NCBI GenBank assembly: GCA_001798855.1
Contig: MGQQ01000025.1
Span: forward strand, 1,740 to 65,739
DNA: 64,000 nucleotides
Direction of reading: 5' to 3'
DNA from: Deltaproteobacteria bacterium RBG_16_49_23
GTDB lineage: Bacteria; Desulfobacterota; BSN033; UBA1163
Below are positions 1 through 9,794 of this stretch, one piece after another (within the stretch, counting starts at the first letter, position 1; each line of letters begins with the position of its first letter). The translations under genes and the position numbers were made by a program. The notes beneath the pieces were generated by a model that did no database searches, was not told where the DNA came from, and saw only the letters and a list, made by a program, of their open reading frames with translations.

Positions 1-3000
1 TAAACAGCCTTCCATGCGATGCTTCCATTTCCATCTGTAAGAACCTGGGGTGTTCCCAGATGATCGTTGTGGAAATAGTAAGCTACTTCTCCGGGCTTAA
101 TCATTGCTAAGAGTTGGTCTCCAAGATAGACATACTCTGCCAACATCTGTCCGCTCTGGTTTGTCTCAGCAATCAGATGGCCCCAGAGGTCGTAATGAAA
201 TATTCTCGTCTCGGTTTGGGTTACCTTCTTAATCCTCTGGCCCGCCCCATTATAGGTGTATTCGGCTATTACATTGCTCCCCTGTAATACTCTGATCAGT
301 TGGTTTGAAAGATCATAGATATATGTCCAGCCGGTTTCAGAAGTGATATTCCCATTTAAATCATATCCATAATCAATGGGCGGTGTCCCTTCGATGTAGG
401 TCAGTCTGTTTGTCCCCATCTGGTAGGTATAGGCTCCAGGGGTCTCAAGAGTCTGACCTCCGGGTGGGTTGATTGCATCCAGAATGGAAATGATATTGCC
501 ATTGGGATCATATCCGTAAGTTAAGTTGCTTATTGACCCTGTCACAATGGACGATGTCCTGTACTGATTGTCATACCCCTGACTCAAGGAGAAACCATTT
601 CCATAAGTTAGTCCTGTGATTCCTCCATAGGGTAGATAGGTAATGGCTGAGGCTAAGGTCTTGGGTTGGCCTACCAGTGTGGTGGAAACCTGGGAGATTC
701 TGCCTGTTTGATCCAAAGTGTACGTAATTACTCTTCCCGTAGGATAAGTGATGGACGTAAGGATATTATTGTTATTGTAGGTATACTGGGTTGTGTAGAG
801 GATGCTGTTTATCGTCTTATCCTCTCTGGTCAGGTTCCCTTGGCTATCATAGTAAAAGGTGTAAGATCCACTTGGGTCAGTCCTTCCTGTGAGCCTTACG
901 ATTCCATAGGTGACCGAAGTTGAATCGTAGGTGAAGGTGACGTTCTGATTGGGGTCGGAGGGAAACTGGATGGCTGTGAGCCTGTTTAAAGCATCATAGG
1001 TGTAGTTGACCACTGTTTCTTTGGCATCGAACCTCTGAATCAGGTTTCCTGCCTCATCGTAAAGGTAATCCGTGGTCCCGGTATCCGGGGAGCCGGTCTG
1101 GTTTTTCCTCCCAAAGTCATCATTGTAGTAGGAGGTGACGTTGCCATTGGGGTCTGTGACGGTTGCCTGGTTGTCCTGGGTGTCATAGCCATAAAGGGTG
1201 ACGGTGCTTAAGGGCTGGGTCATAACCTTTAAACGGCTTAAGGGATCATAGGTGTAGGTGGTTGAGTTGTTTCTGGGATCTTTTGAGGCAGTGGGGTTCT
1301 TTCTTCCGTCATAGGAGTACTCCGTGTAGGTAGTGTCAGGGTTGATGATTTTCTTGAGGTTGTTGTAGGCATCGTAGGTGAAGTCAAGATATTTCTTCAG
1401 GGTCCCCGCAGGGTCTTTGGTCTCTTCACGGGTCCGGTTTCCTTCCACATCGTATTGGTACTGGATCTTGTTCCCAAGGTTGTCTCTGATCTCTGTCAGT
1501 TTATTGGCAAGGTTGTAGAAGAAGTCGATCCGGTTTGCTTCGGGTAGGATGATGTAGGAGAGGTTTCCTCTGATGTCGTAGAAGTATTGGGTCTGAGCCC
1601 CTGTGGTTTGATTGGTGATGGTCTTGATTCGATTTCTCTCATCATAGGTTCGCTGGGTGATGACTCCATTGGGATCAGTGATGGTTCCAACGTTTCCATT
1701 CGCATCATAGTTTGAGAACTCTGTCCTTTGATTCAGGGCATTGACAATCGCCTTGAGCTGGCCCCGGTTGTTTCCCTGATCCGGGGTGTTGGCGTAGTAT
1801 TCGAGGGTGGTGATGTCTGAGACATCAGTCCTTGGGCCGTTGATTTGGGTGAGCTGACCCAGGGAATTGTACTGATACGATGTGGTATAGGTCTTTTGGG
1901 TTGGAGTGCCATTGATGAGCACATAACCTGATTCTTGGCGGGAGAGAATGTTGCCTGCTGTATCGTAAGTTATGGTTGTGGCTTTATTCTGCTGGGTATC
2001 AACCACACTCTTTATCGTTTCTGTGCTCTGGGTCAGAAGAAAGGGATCGTCAGTGCGATGGGTATAGGTGTAAGAGGTTATCCGCTGCTCAGGCCAATTT
2101 AGGGCCTCTTTCGTTTCCAGTATCTCTCCCACCTGTTCCCAGGGGTTTGCAGGGTTGTCGTAGGTGTATTGGGTCGTGTATTGGTTTGAACCGTCTATGG
2201 AGGTTACCTGGGTAAGATCGAGCCAGTTGCTGTATTGAAAGGTCTTGTTATTGCTTCCGCAAGTTGAGCAGCCCTGGATTTGCTGAACTACATCAATACC
2301 ATCGATCACAGAATTGGTGTAGGTGGTTGTGCCAGTCGATCTTGTAACGACAGTACTCCCAGGCTGATAGGTGAGGTTTATTTCTTCCTGATGGATACTA
2401 TCTTTGATGTGGCTGTAGTAGTTGATCACCCTCTGCCTGTTGTCATATCCCCAGTGGCCGATCAGGTTGTTGTTGGTGTCGTATTTGTCGGTGAGATTGT
2501 GGTTTGAATAGGCGTAGCTGATGAAGTTCGTATCAGCGTAAGTGACCTTCCAGAGGTCTCCGTTCTGGTACTGATAAGAGACAGACTGAGCTTTGGGGTC
2601 CGTGATTAAATCAATCCGATTATCGACATTATAATGGATTAACAGGGTTTTACCAAAGTTGTTTGAGACCTGGGTGAGAAGTCCTGCTGTATAGTTCAAG
2701 GTGAGTGCATTTCCGTTGGGGTCGGAGATATCGAGGAGTTTTCCATCGGAACCGAACCTGTACGTCAGATTCCCTTCTTTTCTGCGGAGGAAGTACTCTC
2801 CGGAAGATATGATCTGCCTGAGCCTGTCTTTGACCCCGGATTCCCCGTAGAAAACTATCTCACCATTCCGGCTTCTCTCCGTAAAGTAAAGTGCCCGGCC
2901 ATCCGAATCCCAGATGCGGACCCTTTTTGTCGGGGTGGTTTGGACTTCATTTAAAATCATGGCGTAGTTGTGCATCCATCCGTAGCCAAGGGGGCCATCA

Positions 3001-3890
3001 ATAATAACCTGGCTGTTGTAAGACCTTCTGAATTCCAGGGGAATGCCCGGAGTGGAAACAGAGATATCCAGAACTTCTTCATATTTGTTGCCCGTGGCTA
3101 CGTTGACTGGATTGCCAACGGAGTTAATTAGCTTTCCCTCAGAAAGATCACATGTTTGAGGACGGCCCGCGTTCTTTCCTCGTTTCTCACTGCCAGGAAG
3201 CGCATTATCAAAGGGTAGTCCGGTTTCTGGATTTATTGGGCAACAACCCGCTTCTTTTTGCGCCAGTGTCCGCCAATCTTTAATTAGATCGCATCCACCA
3301 TAATTCCAACAACATTGTGAGCAAAGAAATCCCTTTTCCCAACCCGTACTACCATAACAACTAAAACAATAACCCTGGGGAGGCCCTAGGGCCGGGAAAG
3401 GATCACATTCTCCACCACCAGGATAACCATTGCAACCATAACCCGATTCTATATTAGCACAATTCCAACCCACAGTCTCAATTAAGCCAGTTTGCCCGCT
3501 TTCTGAACAAGAAACAAATCTACAAATTACGAGTGCTGTATAAGTAGCTTTGTTGGTGACGGCTATCTGAATGTCCATTATATTCCTGCATTGGTCAGTA
3601 AGGGTGATCATTGCATTGTTGGCACAGTTATTATTGCTGGCCGGCGCGACATAGGTTGCAGTACCGTTCTGATTGGGCGTAAGCGTCCCCCCTCCTGACA
3701 GGCTCCAGTTGTACGGGGGACATCCGCCCAACGGTGACAAAACCTGAGAGGCATTAAAGCTCATTGATAGATCAGGATTATCAATCGTTAAGGGAGCCTG
3801 TCCTAATGCATCGCCACCCACCAAGAATAAGTTAACAATTGCAACAAATACACAGATGCCGCCAACACAGACTTTCCTCTTAATGCGCAT
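1..3890 (-). CDS. RHS/YD-repeat family polymorphic toxin, N-terminal signal peptide and Cys-rich domain plus RHS core; 3' end (C-terminal toxin tip) runs off window start
   Basis: Manual reverse translation: ATG at 3890 (GAGGTG RBS 4 nt upstream) gives MRIKRKVCVGGICVFVAIVNLFLV (signal peptide), then a Cys-rich region, GNPVNVATGNKYEE motif, DGPLGYGWMHNY, RIWDSDGRALYF, many YxYD repeats, and near window start YYHNDHLGTPQVLTDxNG (conserved RHS core motif). No in-window stop, so absent from ORF track. Confidence 0.85.
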   Translation of the reverse strand, partial: MRIKRKVCVGGICVFVAIVNLFLVGGDALGQAPLTIDNPDLSMSFNASQVLSPLGGCPPYNWSLSGGGTLTPNQNGTATYVAPASNNNCANNAMITLTDQCRNIMDIQIAVTNKATYTALVICRFVSCSESGQTGLIETVGWNCANIESGYGCNGYPGGGECDPFPALGPPQGYCFSCYGSTGWEKGFLCSQCCWNYGGCDLIKDWRTLAQKEAGCCPINPETGLPFDNALPGSEKRGKNAGRPQTCDLSEGKLINSVGNPVNVATGNKYEEVLDISVSTPGIPLEFRRSYNSQVIIDGPLGYGWMHNYAMILNEVQTTPTKRVRIWDSDGRALYFTERSRNGEIVFYGESGVKDRLRQIISSGEYFLRRKEGNLTYRFGSDGKLLDISDPNGNALTLNYTAGLLTQVSNNFGKTLLIHYNVDNRIDLITDPKAQSVSYQYQNGDLWKVTYADTNFISYAYSNHNLTDKYDTNNNLIGHWGYDNRQRVINYYSHIKDSIHQEEINLTYQPGSTVVTRSTGTTTYTNSVIDGIDVVQQIQGCSTCGSNNKTFQYSNWLDLTQVTSIDGSNQYTTQYTYDNPANPWEQVGEILETKEALNWPEQRITSYTYTHRTDDPFLLTQSTETIKSVVDTQQNKATTITYDTAGNILSRQESGYVLINGTPTQKTYTTSYQYNSLGQLTQINGPRTDVSDITTLEYYANTPDQGNNRGQLKAIVNALNQRTEFSNYDANGNVGTITDPNGVITQRTYDERNRIKTITNQTTGAQTQYFYDIRGNLSYIILPEANRIDFFYNLANKLTEIRDNLGNKIQYQYDVEGNRTREETKDPAGTLKKYLDFTYDAYNNLKKIINPDTTYTEYSYDGRKNPTASKDPRNNSTTYTYDPLSRLKVMTQPLSTVTLYGYDTQDNQATVTDPNGNVTSYYNDDFGRKNQTGSPDTGTTDYLYDEAGNLIQRFDAKETVVNYTYDALNRLTAIQFPSDPNQNVTFTYDSTSVTYGIVRLTGRTDPSGSYTFYYDSQGNLTREDKTINSILYTTQYTYNNNNILTSITYPTGRVITYTLDQTGRISQVSTTLVGQPKTLASAITYLPYGGITGLTYGNGFSLSQGYDNQYRTSSIVTGSISNLTYGYDPNGNIISILDAINPPGGQTLETPGAYTYQMGTNRLTYIEGTPPIDYGYDLNGNITSETGWTYIYDLSNQLIRVLQGSNVIAEYTYNGAGQRIKKVTQTETRIFHYDLWGHLIAETNQSGQMLAEYVYLGDQLLAMIKPGEVAYYFHNDHLGTPQVLTDGNGSIAWKAV

Positions 3891-3954
3891 AAGTCACCTC
3901 TCTAAGGGATTCAAGAACTCAATCAAAAAATCGTATCAATTTAGCTCCTTGAAA

Positions 3955-4015
3955 AAGGTTATCTAATCCCCCTTCATCCCCCTTTGTCAAAAGGGGGAAA
4001 TATTTTCTCTATCCT
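3955..4015. repeat. Palindromic repeat family member F (inverted 3' module tatctaatcccccttcatccccctttgtcaaaagggggaa)
   Basis: Exact reverse complement of the tcccccttttgacaaagggggatgaagggggattagata module. Confidence 0.85.
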
Positions 4016-4584
4016 TTGGCCTTTTTAATCCCGTAGACAATGTGGCAAAGAGAGGAGAAATTTTTTCTTTCGGTTATAAAAAACAAAAGCCCGGCTTCGA
4101 TTTTGAATGCCAGGCTTTTCGATTCTCTTTCCACCCTTTCCCCCGATCAGGCAGTCAGTCTTATTTATTAAAAGGGATACTTAATTTATTTAATCCCGCT
4201 CTCTCCAATCGCAAATGTAATTTAATTGATACTTGGGTGGGATTACACCAAAATACAATTTTTTTGTCAAGGAATTTTTGTATTTTTAAAAAATTCATTC
4301 TATGTGGGAGCAAATCCTATACCAACAGTTAAGGGCCAGGAAGCCAGAACCCTGCAGCAACTCAATTATTTGAATTCAAATAAGTTTTTCCAGTTTGCGT
4401 AGTGCCATTTGTTCAAAAGAGGGTTAGGGAGCACTGCCAACGATTGTTGGCAGGTTGCGCGGATAAACCCTCTTTTTGGCTTTTAAGTCATTGATATGTC
4501 AATCATCTTTTCAACTGTTAACAATTGATTACATTTTGAATAAATGATTACAGTTCTTTTAAAAGCAAATGCTCGTGAAGGAAC

Positions 4585-4705
4585 CCGACCTGTACTGGGG
4601 AGACCATTTCCGGTCTCACGTTCTCCGTCGCCCCCTCCCCTCTCCCCCCTGCCTTCGCCGAAACGCTTCGTGCAGGCAGGCACTAAGGGAGAAGGAGATA
4701 AGGGG
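4585..4705. repeat. Palindromic repeat family member D (ggagaccatttccggtctc + ctgccttcgccgaaacgcttcgtgcaggcaggc modules) in 5' leader of rSAM gene
   Basis: Shares core modules with copies at 16521-16688 and 18421-18500. Confidence 0.7.
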
Positions 4706-4746
4706 CATTTTTGACAAGCATTGTAAATGTTGTTAGATTCTTTTTC

Positions 4747-6063
4747 ATGAAGATCGAATTCATCTCTCCTGCCGTTGAAGAAAATGCTCCTGTTCCCAAC
4801 CTCGCCCTTCTCATTCTCGCTGCTCTCTCTCCTCCGGATGCGGAGATTTCTTTTACCGACGACCTTCTTACACCGATCGATTCGGAAAAAGGGTTGAAAG
4901 AGGTTGACCTGGTTGGAATCACCGTTCTGACCAAAACAGCCCTGAGGGCTTACCGGATTGCCGACGCCTATCGAAAGAGGGGCATCCCTGTCGTGTTAGG
5001 GGGCATTCACCCTTCAGCCCTTCCCGATGAAGCCAAGGAACACGCAGATGCAGTGGTCATCGGAGAGGCGGAAGAGATCTGGCCCTGTCTCATTGAGGAT
5101 GCCAGGTCCGGAAGCCTCAAACCCTTTTATCAACAGAAGGATTTCACCGATTGCTCAAAGATTCCAAGACCCAGAAGGGACATCCTTCCAAAAAAGGGCT
5201 ATTTCCCACTCGATGTCGTTCAGGCCAGCAGGGGATGTCCCTATCGCTGCGAATTCTGCTCCGTCCGGAAATTTTTCGGCGATACATACCGACTCCGACC
5301 GATCTCCGATGTTGTCGAGGAAGTCAAAAGCCTTCCCCACCGTCTGATCATGTTCAATGACGACAACATCATCGGCAGCCCTTCTTACTCCGAAGAGCTT
5401 CTGAAGGCCGTCACTCCCCTCAAAAAAAAATGGATCGGGCAGGCATCTCTCCATGGATTGAGGGATGGGAAAAATCTTGAACTCCTATCCAGGAGCGGAT
5501 GCATCGGGCTTCTCATCGGCTTCGAATCTCTCTCGAAACCGAACCTCCTCCAGTCAAAAAAATATCAGAATGATCCGGCGGAATACCGGCAGATCCTCGA
5601 TGCCCTTCACCGTTTCGGCATCACGGTCTGGGGCTCCTTCATTTTCGGCTTTGACGAAGATGATTCCGCAACCCTTGAGGAGACGGTGAAGTTTGCCATA
5701 CAAACAAAGATCTTCTCCGTGGTCTTCGCCCTTCTGACTCCCTACCCGGAGACGGCCTTCTATCAGAGGGTCAAAAGCGAGGGGCGTCTGATTCAAGATG
5801 GATGGTGGTTGCTGGAGAGGCCGGAGGATTCCGCCCCCCATTACCTTCCGAGGAAGATGAGCGGGAGTGAGCTCAGGGAAGGCTGGAAGAATGCGTGGAG
5901 GGAGTTTTATTCCTTCCCCTCCATTCTGAAAAGATTTCAGTGGAATTATCCATCCACCCTGATCAATCGCCTCGTCTACTTTCCTTTTCAGTTGATGCAG
6001 CGCCGGTTCGCGCAAATGAAGGTCATTGAGGGCAGGAGGAGATACCGGACCCGCTCATTCTGA
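4747..6063 (+). CDS. B12-binding domain radical SAM protein (class B rSAM), substrate unknown
   Basis: ORF 4711-6063; N-terminal MKIEFISP..cobalamin-binding-like domain; CxxxCxxC motif GCPYRCEFCS; likely ATG start at 4747 rather than TTG 4711. Confidence 0.8.
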   Translation: MKIEFISPAVEENAPVPNLALLILAALSPPDAEISFTDDLLTPIDSEKGLKEVDLVGITVLTKTALRAYRIADAYRKRGIPVVLGGIHPSALPDEAKEHADAVVIGEAEEIWPCLIEDARSGSLKPFYQQKDFTDCSKIPRPRRDILPKKGYFPLDVVQASRGCPYRCEFCSVRKFFGDTYRLRPISDVVEEVKSLPHRLIMFNDDNIIGSPSYSEELLKAVTPLKKKWIGQASLHGLRDGKNLELLSRSGCIGLLIGFESLSKPNLLQSKKYQNDPAEYRQILDALHRFGITVWGSFIFGFDEDDSATLEETVKFAIQTKIFSVVFALLTPYPETAFYQRVKSEGRLIQDGWWLLERPEDSAPHYLPRKMSGSELREGWKNAWREFYSFPSILKRFQWNYPSTLINRLVYFPFQLMQRRFAQMKVIEGRRRYRTRSF

Positions 6064-8319
6064 GGCCCGGTATCCGCATTCTTTTCGATGACAACGCTTT
6101 ACGATTCCCCCCTTCCCCGGCTTCTCAACCAGGAACGGAGCATCGCATTGCGGGCACTTCTCAGGAATGGGCTTGTCCCAGAGGGCAAAGGTGCATTTGG
6201 GATAGTTGGCGCAGCTATAGAAGGTTCTCCCCTTACGGGTCCTTCGCTCAACCAGCATTCCGTCACATCCCTCCTGGGAACAACGCACACCGGTATTGAG
6301 TGATTGGGTAAACTTGCATGCGGGATAGTTGGAGCAGGCCAGAAACCTCCCGAATTTGCCGTTCTTGATCACCATCGGGCTTCCACATTTTTCACACCGC
6401 GCATCGGTTTCCACCTTTTGAGGTTCGCCATTCTCCTCTACCTCTCGAGTATAGCGGCATTCGGGATAGCTCGAACAGGCCAGAAAATAACCTCTCTTCC
6501 CCCATCGCTTCACCATCTTCGATCCGCACTGCTCGCAGATGGCCTCTGTCGGAATCTGTTCCCTCTTCACATCCCGCATGGAGACCTTCGCCATCTCCAG
6601 ATCCTTCTGGAAAGGGATATAAAATTCTTTAAGTGTTTCCACCCACCCCTTTTCACCCTCCTCGATCTTATCCAGGTTCTCTTCCATCAGGGCCGTGAAC
6701 TCAATGTTGAGAATATCAGGGAAATTGACCACCAGAAGATCGTTCACCAAATAACCCAGCTCCGTGGGGAAAAATTTTCCTTTTTCGAGCCCCGCATATC
6801 CTTTTCCTTTAATGGTGCTCAAAATCGTGGCATAGGTGGAAGGCCTTCCTATCCCTTTCTCCTCCAATTCCTTAATCAGGGTAGCCTCAGAGAATCGGAA
6901 GGGAGGCTGGGTAAAGTGCTGCCTTGGGGTGAGCCCTAAAAACGCCAGGATTTCGCTTTCTGACAGAGCGGGTAATTGCTTTTCCTGATCTTCATGGGCA
7001 TCCTTTTTTTCCGGAGACCGATCCTGTTTAGTCTGCCGGTGATTATCCTCTCCCTCAACATAAAGAGCCATAAATCCATGAAAAACAGGGACGCTTCCCG
7101 ATGCGGTGAAAATTCCTTCGCTTGCCTTGATCTCGACCGTCGTCTGTAGAAAAACCGCTGGCGCCATCTGGGAGGCGACGAATCGGTCCCAGATCAGCTT
7201 ATAAAGCGCCCATTGATCCTTGTCGAGTATGGACTTCATCCTTTCGGGATCCAGATCGATCGATGTGGGCCGGATGGCCTCGTGGGCTTCCTGGGCGCCC
7301 TTCCGGCTCTTATAGATATTCGGTTTGGGAGGAAGGTAGGATTCTCCAAAGCGACCCTGGATCCACCCCCTGACCTGATGGACCGCTTCCGCAGAAACAC
7401 GGGGAGAGTCGGTCCGCATATAAGTGATCAGACCCACTGCTCCTGTCTCATCCAGTTCCACTCCTTCATATAGTTTTTGCGCAATCCTCATGGTTTTATA
7501 AGGAGCGAAGGAGAGTTTCCGGGAGGCCTCCTGCTGAAGACGGCTGGTGATGAAGGGAGGAAGGGGATGTCGCTTTTTCTCCTGTTGAACAATTTTTGAA
7601 ACGGTGTAGGGAACTGATTCGAGCCGTTTCTTCATGGCCACGGCTTCGGACTCATTGGCCAGGTCCACCTTCTTCCCCTTCCACTTGACCAGTTTGGCCT
7701 CGAACGGGACCGGGGAATCCTTTCCCCTGAGCGTGGCGGTCAGGCTCCAGTATTCTTCAGAGATGAAAGCCTCGATCTCTCTTTCCCTCTCGCAGATGAT
7801 TCGGACGGAGACCGATTGCACCCGCCCGGCGCTCAATCCCCGTCGCACCTTCTCCCAGAGGATGGGGCTGACCTGATATCCGACCAGACGGTCTAGAATC
7901 CTCCGGGCCTGCTGGGCCTCATATTTCGATTGCTGAAGTTGTCCGGGGTGTTTGAGGGCTTCCAGGACGGCGTTTTTCGTGATCTCATTGAAGAGAACCC
8001 TGTAAATATTCTTACCCTTATCGTCGATCTCCTCCGCGATATGCCACGCAATGGCCTCCCCTTCCCTGTCCGGGTCTGGGCCGAGATAGATATTCTTCAC
8101 CTCTTTGCTGGCCTTCTTGATCTCCCGGAGAACCTTTCCTTTGCCGGATAGGGTGACATACTGGGGTTGAAAATCTTTTTCGAGATCGACCCCTAGTTCA
8201 CCCTCAGGAAGGTCTTTGACATGGCCCACCGAAGCTTTAATGATATAGTCATCTCCCAAAAACTTCTGGAGAGTTTTTACCTTGGTTGGAGACTCAACAA
8301 CAATCATTCCTTTTGTCAT
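6055..8319 (-). CDS. topA: DNA topoisomerase I
   Basis: 754 aa; N-term MIVVESPTKVKTLQKFLG..ASVGHVKDLP Toprim; C-terminal four Cys4 zinc-ribbon repeats (CEQCGS..CSSYPEC etc.). Confidence 0.95.
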   Translation of the reverse strand: MTKGMIVVESPTKVKTLQKFLGDDYIIKASVGHVKDLPEGELGVDLEKDFQPQYVTLSGKGKVLREIKKASKEVKNIYLGPDPDREGEAIAWHIAEEIDDKGKNIYRVLFNEITKNAVLEALKHPGQLQQSKYEAQQARRILDRLVGYQVSPILWEKVRRGLSAGRVQSVSVRIICEREREIEAFISEEYWSLTATLRGKDSPVPFEAKLVKWKGKKVDLANESEAVAMKKRLESVPYTVSKIVQQEKKRHPLPPFITSRLQQEASRKLSFAPYKTMRIAQKLYEGVELDETGAVGLITYMRTDSPRVSAEAVHQVRGWIQGRFGESYLPPKPNIYKSRKGAQEAHEAIRPTSIDLDPERMKSILDKDQWALYKLIWDRFVASQMAPAVFLQTTVEIKASEGIFTASGSVPVFHGFMALYVEGEDNHRQTKQDRSPEKKDAHEDQEKQLPALSESEILAFLGLTPRQHFTQPPFRFSEATLIKELEEKGIGRPSTYATILSTIKGKGYAGLEKGKFFPTELGYLVNDLLVVNFPDILNIEFTALMEENLDKIEEGEKGWVETLKEFYIPFQKDLEMAKVSMRDVKREQIPTEAICEQCGSKMVKRWGKRGYFLACSSYPECRYTREVEENGEPQKVETDARCEKCGSPMVIKNGKFGRFLACSNYPACKFTQSLNTGVRCSQEGCDGMLVERRTRKGRTFYSCANYPKCTFALWDKPIPEKCPQCDAPFLVEKPGKGGIVKRCHRKECGYRASE

Positions 8320-8574
8320 CTGTTCTATGATCCTCTCTTCTGGATTCTGTATTCTGACTTCATCATTCTTATTAATAATCTCAAAATTGAGCTGACATCT
8401 CTGTCAAATCTCCCCTCGCCTCCCTTTAGCAAAGGGAGGTTAGGAGGGATTTTAAAAAAGGATGTGGTTACAATGATGAGACTCTTCTTAACTCATCAAA
8501 CTTCATTTTTCACCCCGTTAGAAATAATGGACCGCTTCTTTTCGAGTCGCAACGACTGGAATTTCTAACGGGGT

Positions 8575-9675
8575 TCACATCTTCTTGCTGAAGCACTTCC
8601 CGGGCCATTGAGAAATCAATTCTTTCAGCTCCAGAGTTAAGAGAAGACTCGACACTTTTCCGGGTTCGAACCCGCTCTCCCGGATCATCACATCGATATG
8701 GAGGGGATTCTCCCCTAACATCTCATAGAGAGCCCTTTCTTCTTCGGTCAGTTCCGGTCCGCGTGGCTTGACCTCCTCAACTCTCTCCTTCCCTCTTTTC
8801 CACTGGGGGAGTATCTCCTCAAGGATATCCTCGCTCGACTCGACCATCTTTGCTCCATCTTTGATCAACCGGTTCGTCCCGCGGCTTCCCTCTACCCCCA
8901 CATTTCCTGGAATGGCGAAGACATCCCTGCCCTGCTCCAGAGCAAAGTTTGCTGTGATCAAGGACCCGCTATCTGCGCTGGCCTGGACCACAACCACGCC
9001 GATGGAGAGTCCGCTGATGATCCGGTTCCGCTTTGGGAAATGGCCACCCTCCGGAGGAGAGCCCATTGGGAATTCCGAAAGAACAGCGCCCTGTTCAAGG
9101 ATCTTAGCAAAAAGGTTGCGATTCTCAGGAGGATAGACCACATCCACTCCGCAACCCAGAACGGCAATCGTTCTCCCTCCTCCTGAGATGGCCCCCCAGT
9201 GGGCCACCGAATCAACGCCCCTTGCCATGCCGCTCACAACCGTCACGCCGTGGCGGGCGAGATCCTGACTGATCTTCTCCGTGATCCACCTTCCATAAGG
9301 AGTGGTCTTTCTGCTTCCTACAATCGAGACGGCTAATTCATCCTCCTTTTTTAAGTCTCCCTTCAGGTAGAGCAGGGAAGGAGGATCATAGATATCCCGA
9401 AGACGGGGAGGATAAACCGGATCCTTCAAGGTGATCATCCTCACCCCCGATTTTTCCAGTAAAGAGATCTCCTTCTTGACCGCCTGTTCAGACGGCCCCT
9501 TCTTAATTTCGCTGGCCACCTTCAACCCCAGGCCCTCAACCTCCAGCAATTCCTTCATGGAGGCTTGAAAAACGGCTTCGGGGGTTTCAAAACGATCGAG
9601 GAGTCTTTTGATAAAAACGCTGCCGACTCCCGGAACGAAATTTAAGGCCAGCCAGTAAAAAAGATCTCCGGCCAT
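8575..9675 (-). CDS. dprA: DNA processing protein DprA (Smf)
   Basis: 366 aa; Rossmann-like core GMARGVDSVAHWGAISGGGRTIAVLGCGVDVVYPPEN; conserved dprA-topA adjacency. Confidence 0.9.
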   Translation of the reverse strand: MAGDLFYWLALNFVPGVGSVFIKRLLDRFETPEAVFQASMKELLEVEGLGLKVASEIKKGPSEQAVKKEISLLEKSGVRMITLKDPVYPPRLRDIYDPPSLLYLKGDLKKEDELAVSIVGSRKTTPYGRWITEKISQDLARHGVTVVSGMARGVDSVAHWGAISGGGRTIAVLGCGVDVVYPPENRNLFAKILEQGAVLSEFPMGSPPEGGHFPKRNRIISGLSIGVVVVQASADSGSLITANFALEQGRDVFAIPGNVGVEGSRGTNRLIKDGAKMVESSEDILEEILPQWKRGKERVEEVKPRGPELTEEERALYEMLGENPLHIDVMIRESGFEPGKVSSLLLTLELKELISQWPGKCFSKKM

Positions 9676-9794
9676 AATGAAACCTGTGGAAAATGGCTTC
9701 GCTTTCTAAGAGGGAATATGATGACAAAAAAAAGCCTTGGAGATGATCAAGCACCCCCAAAGCTTTAGACAACAATGGAAGTTCTGCTTGCCGC

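Noticed and set aside
4042-4332. 96-aa ORF in the RHS/rSAM intergenic region
   Set aside because: Lies in AT-rich regulatory DNA overlapping repeat elements, no RBS, low-complexity translation; likely spurious
4380-4710. Cobalamin riboswitch upstream of the B12-binding radical SAM gene
   Set aside because: Could not recognise the B12-box (GCCACTG-type) or the conserved GGTG..AANGGGAA core; the structure is better explained by the palindromic repeat family; needs cmscan to settle
5027-6015. Multiple 60-150 aa ORFs antisense to or overlapping rSAM, topA, leuS, argG and GT genes (e.g. 5554-6015, 6304-6939, 25827-26630, 29209-30102)
   Set aside because: Embedded in well-supported longer genes on the other strand or frame, no independent homology signal; typical GC-driven shadow ORFs
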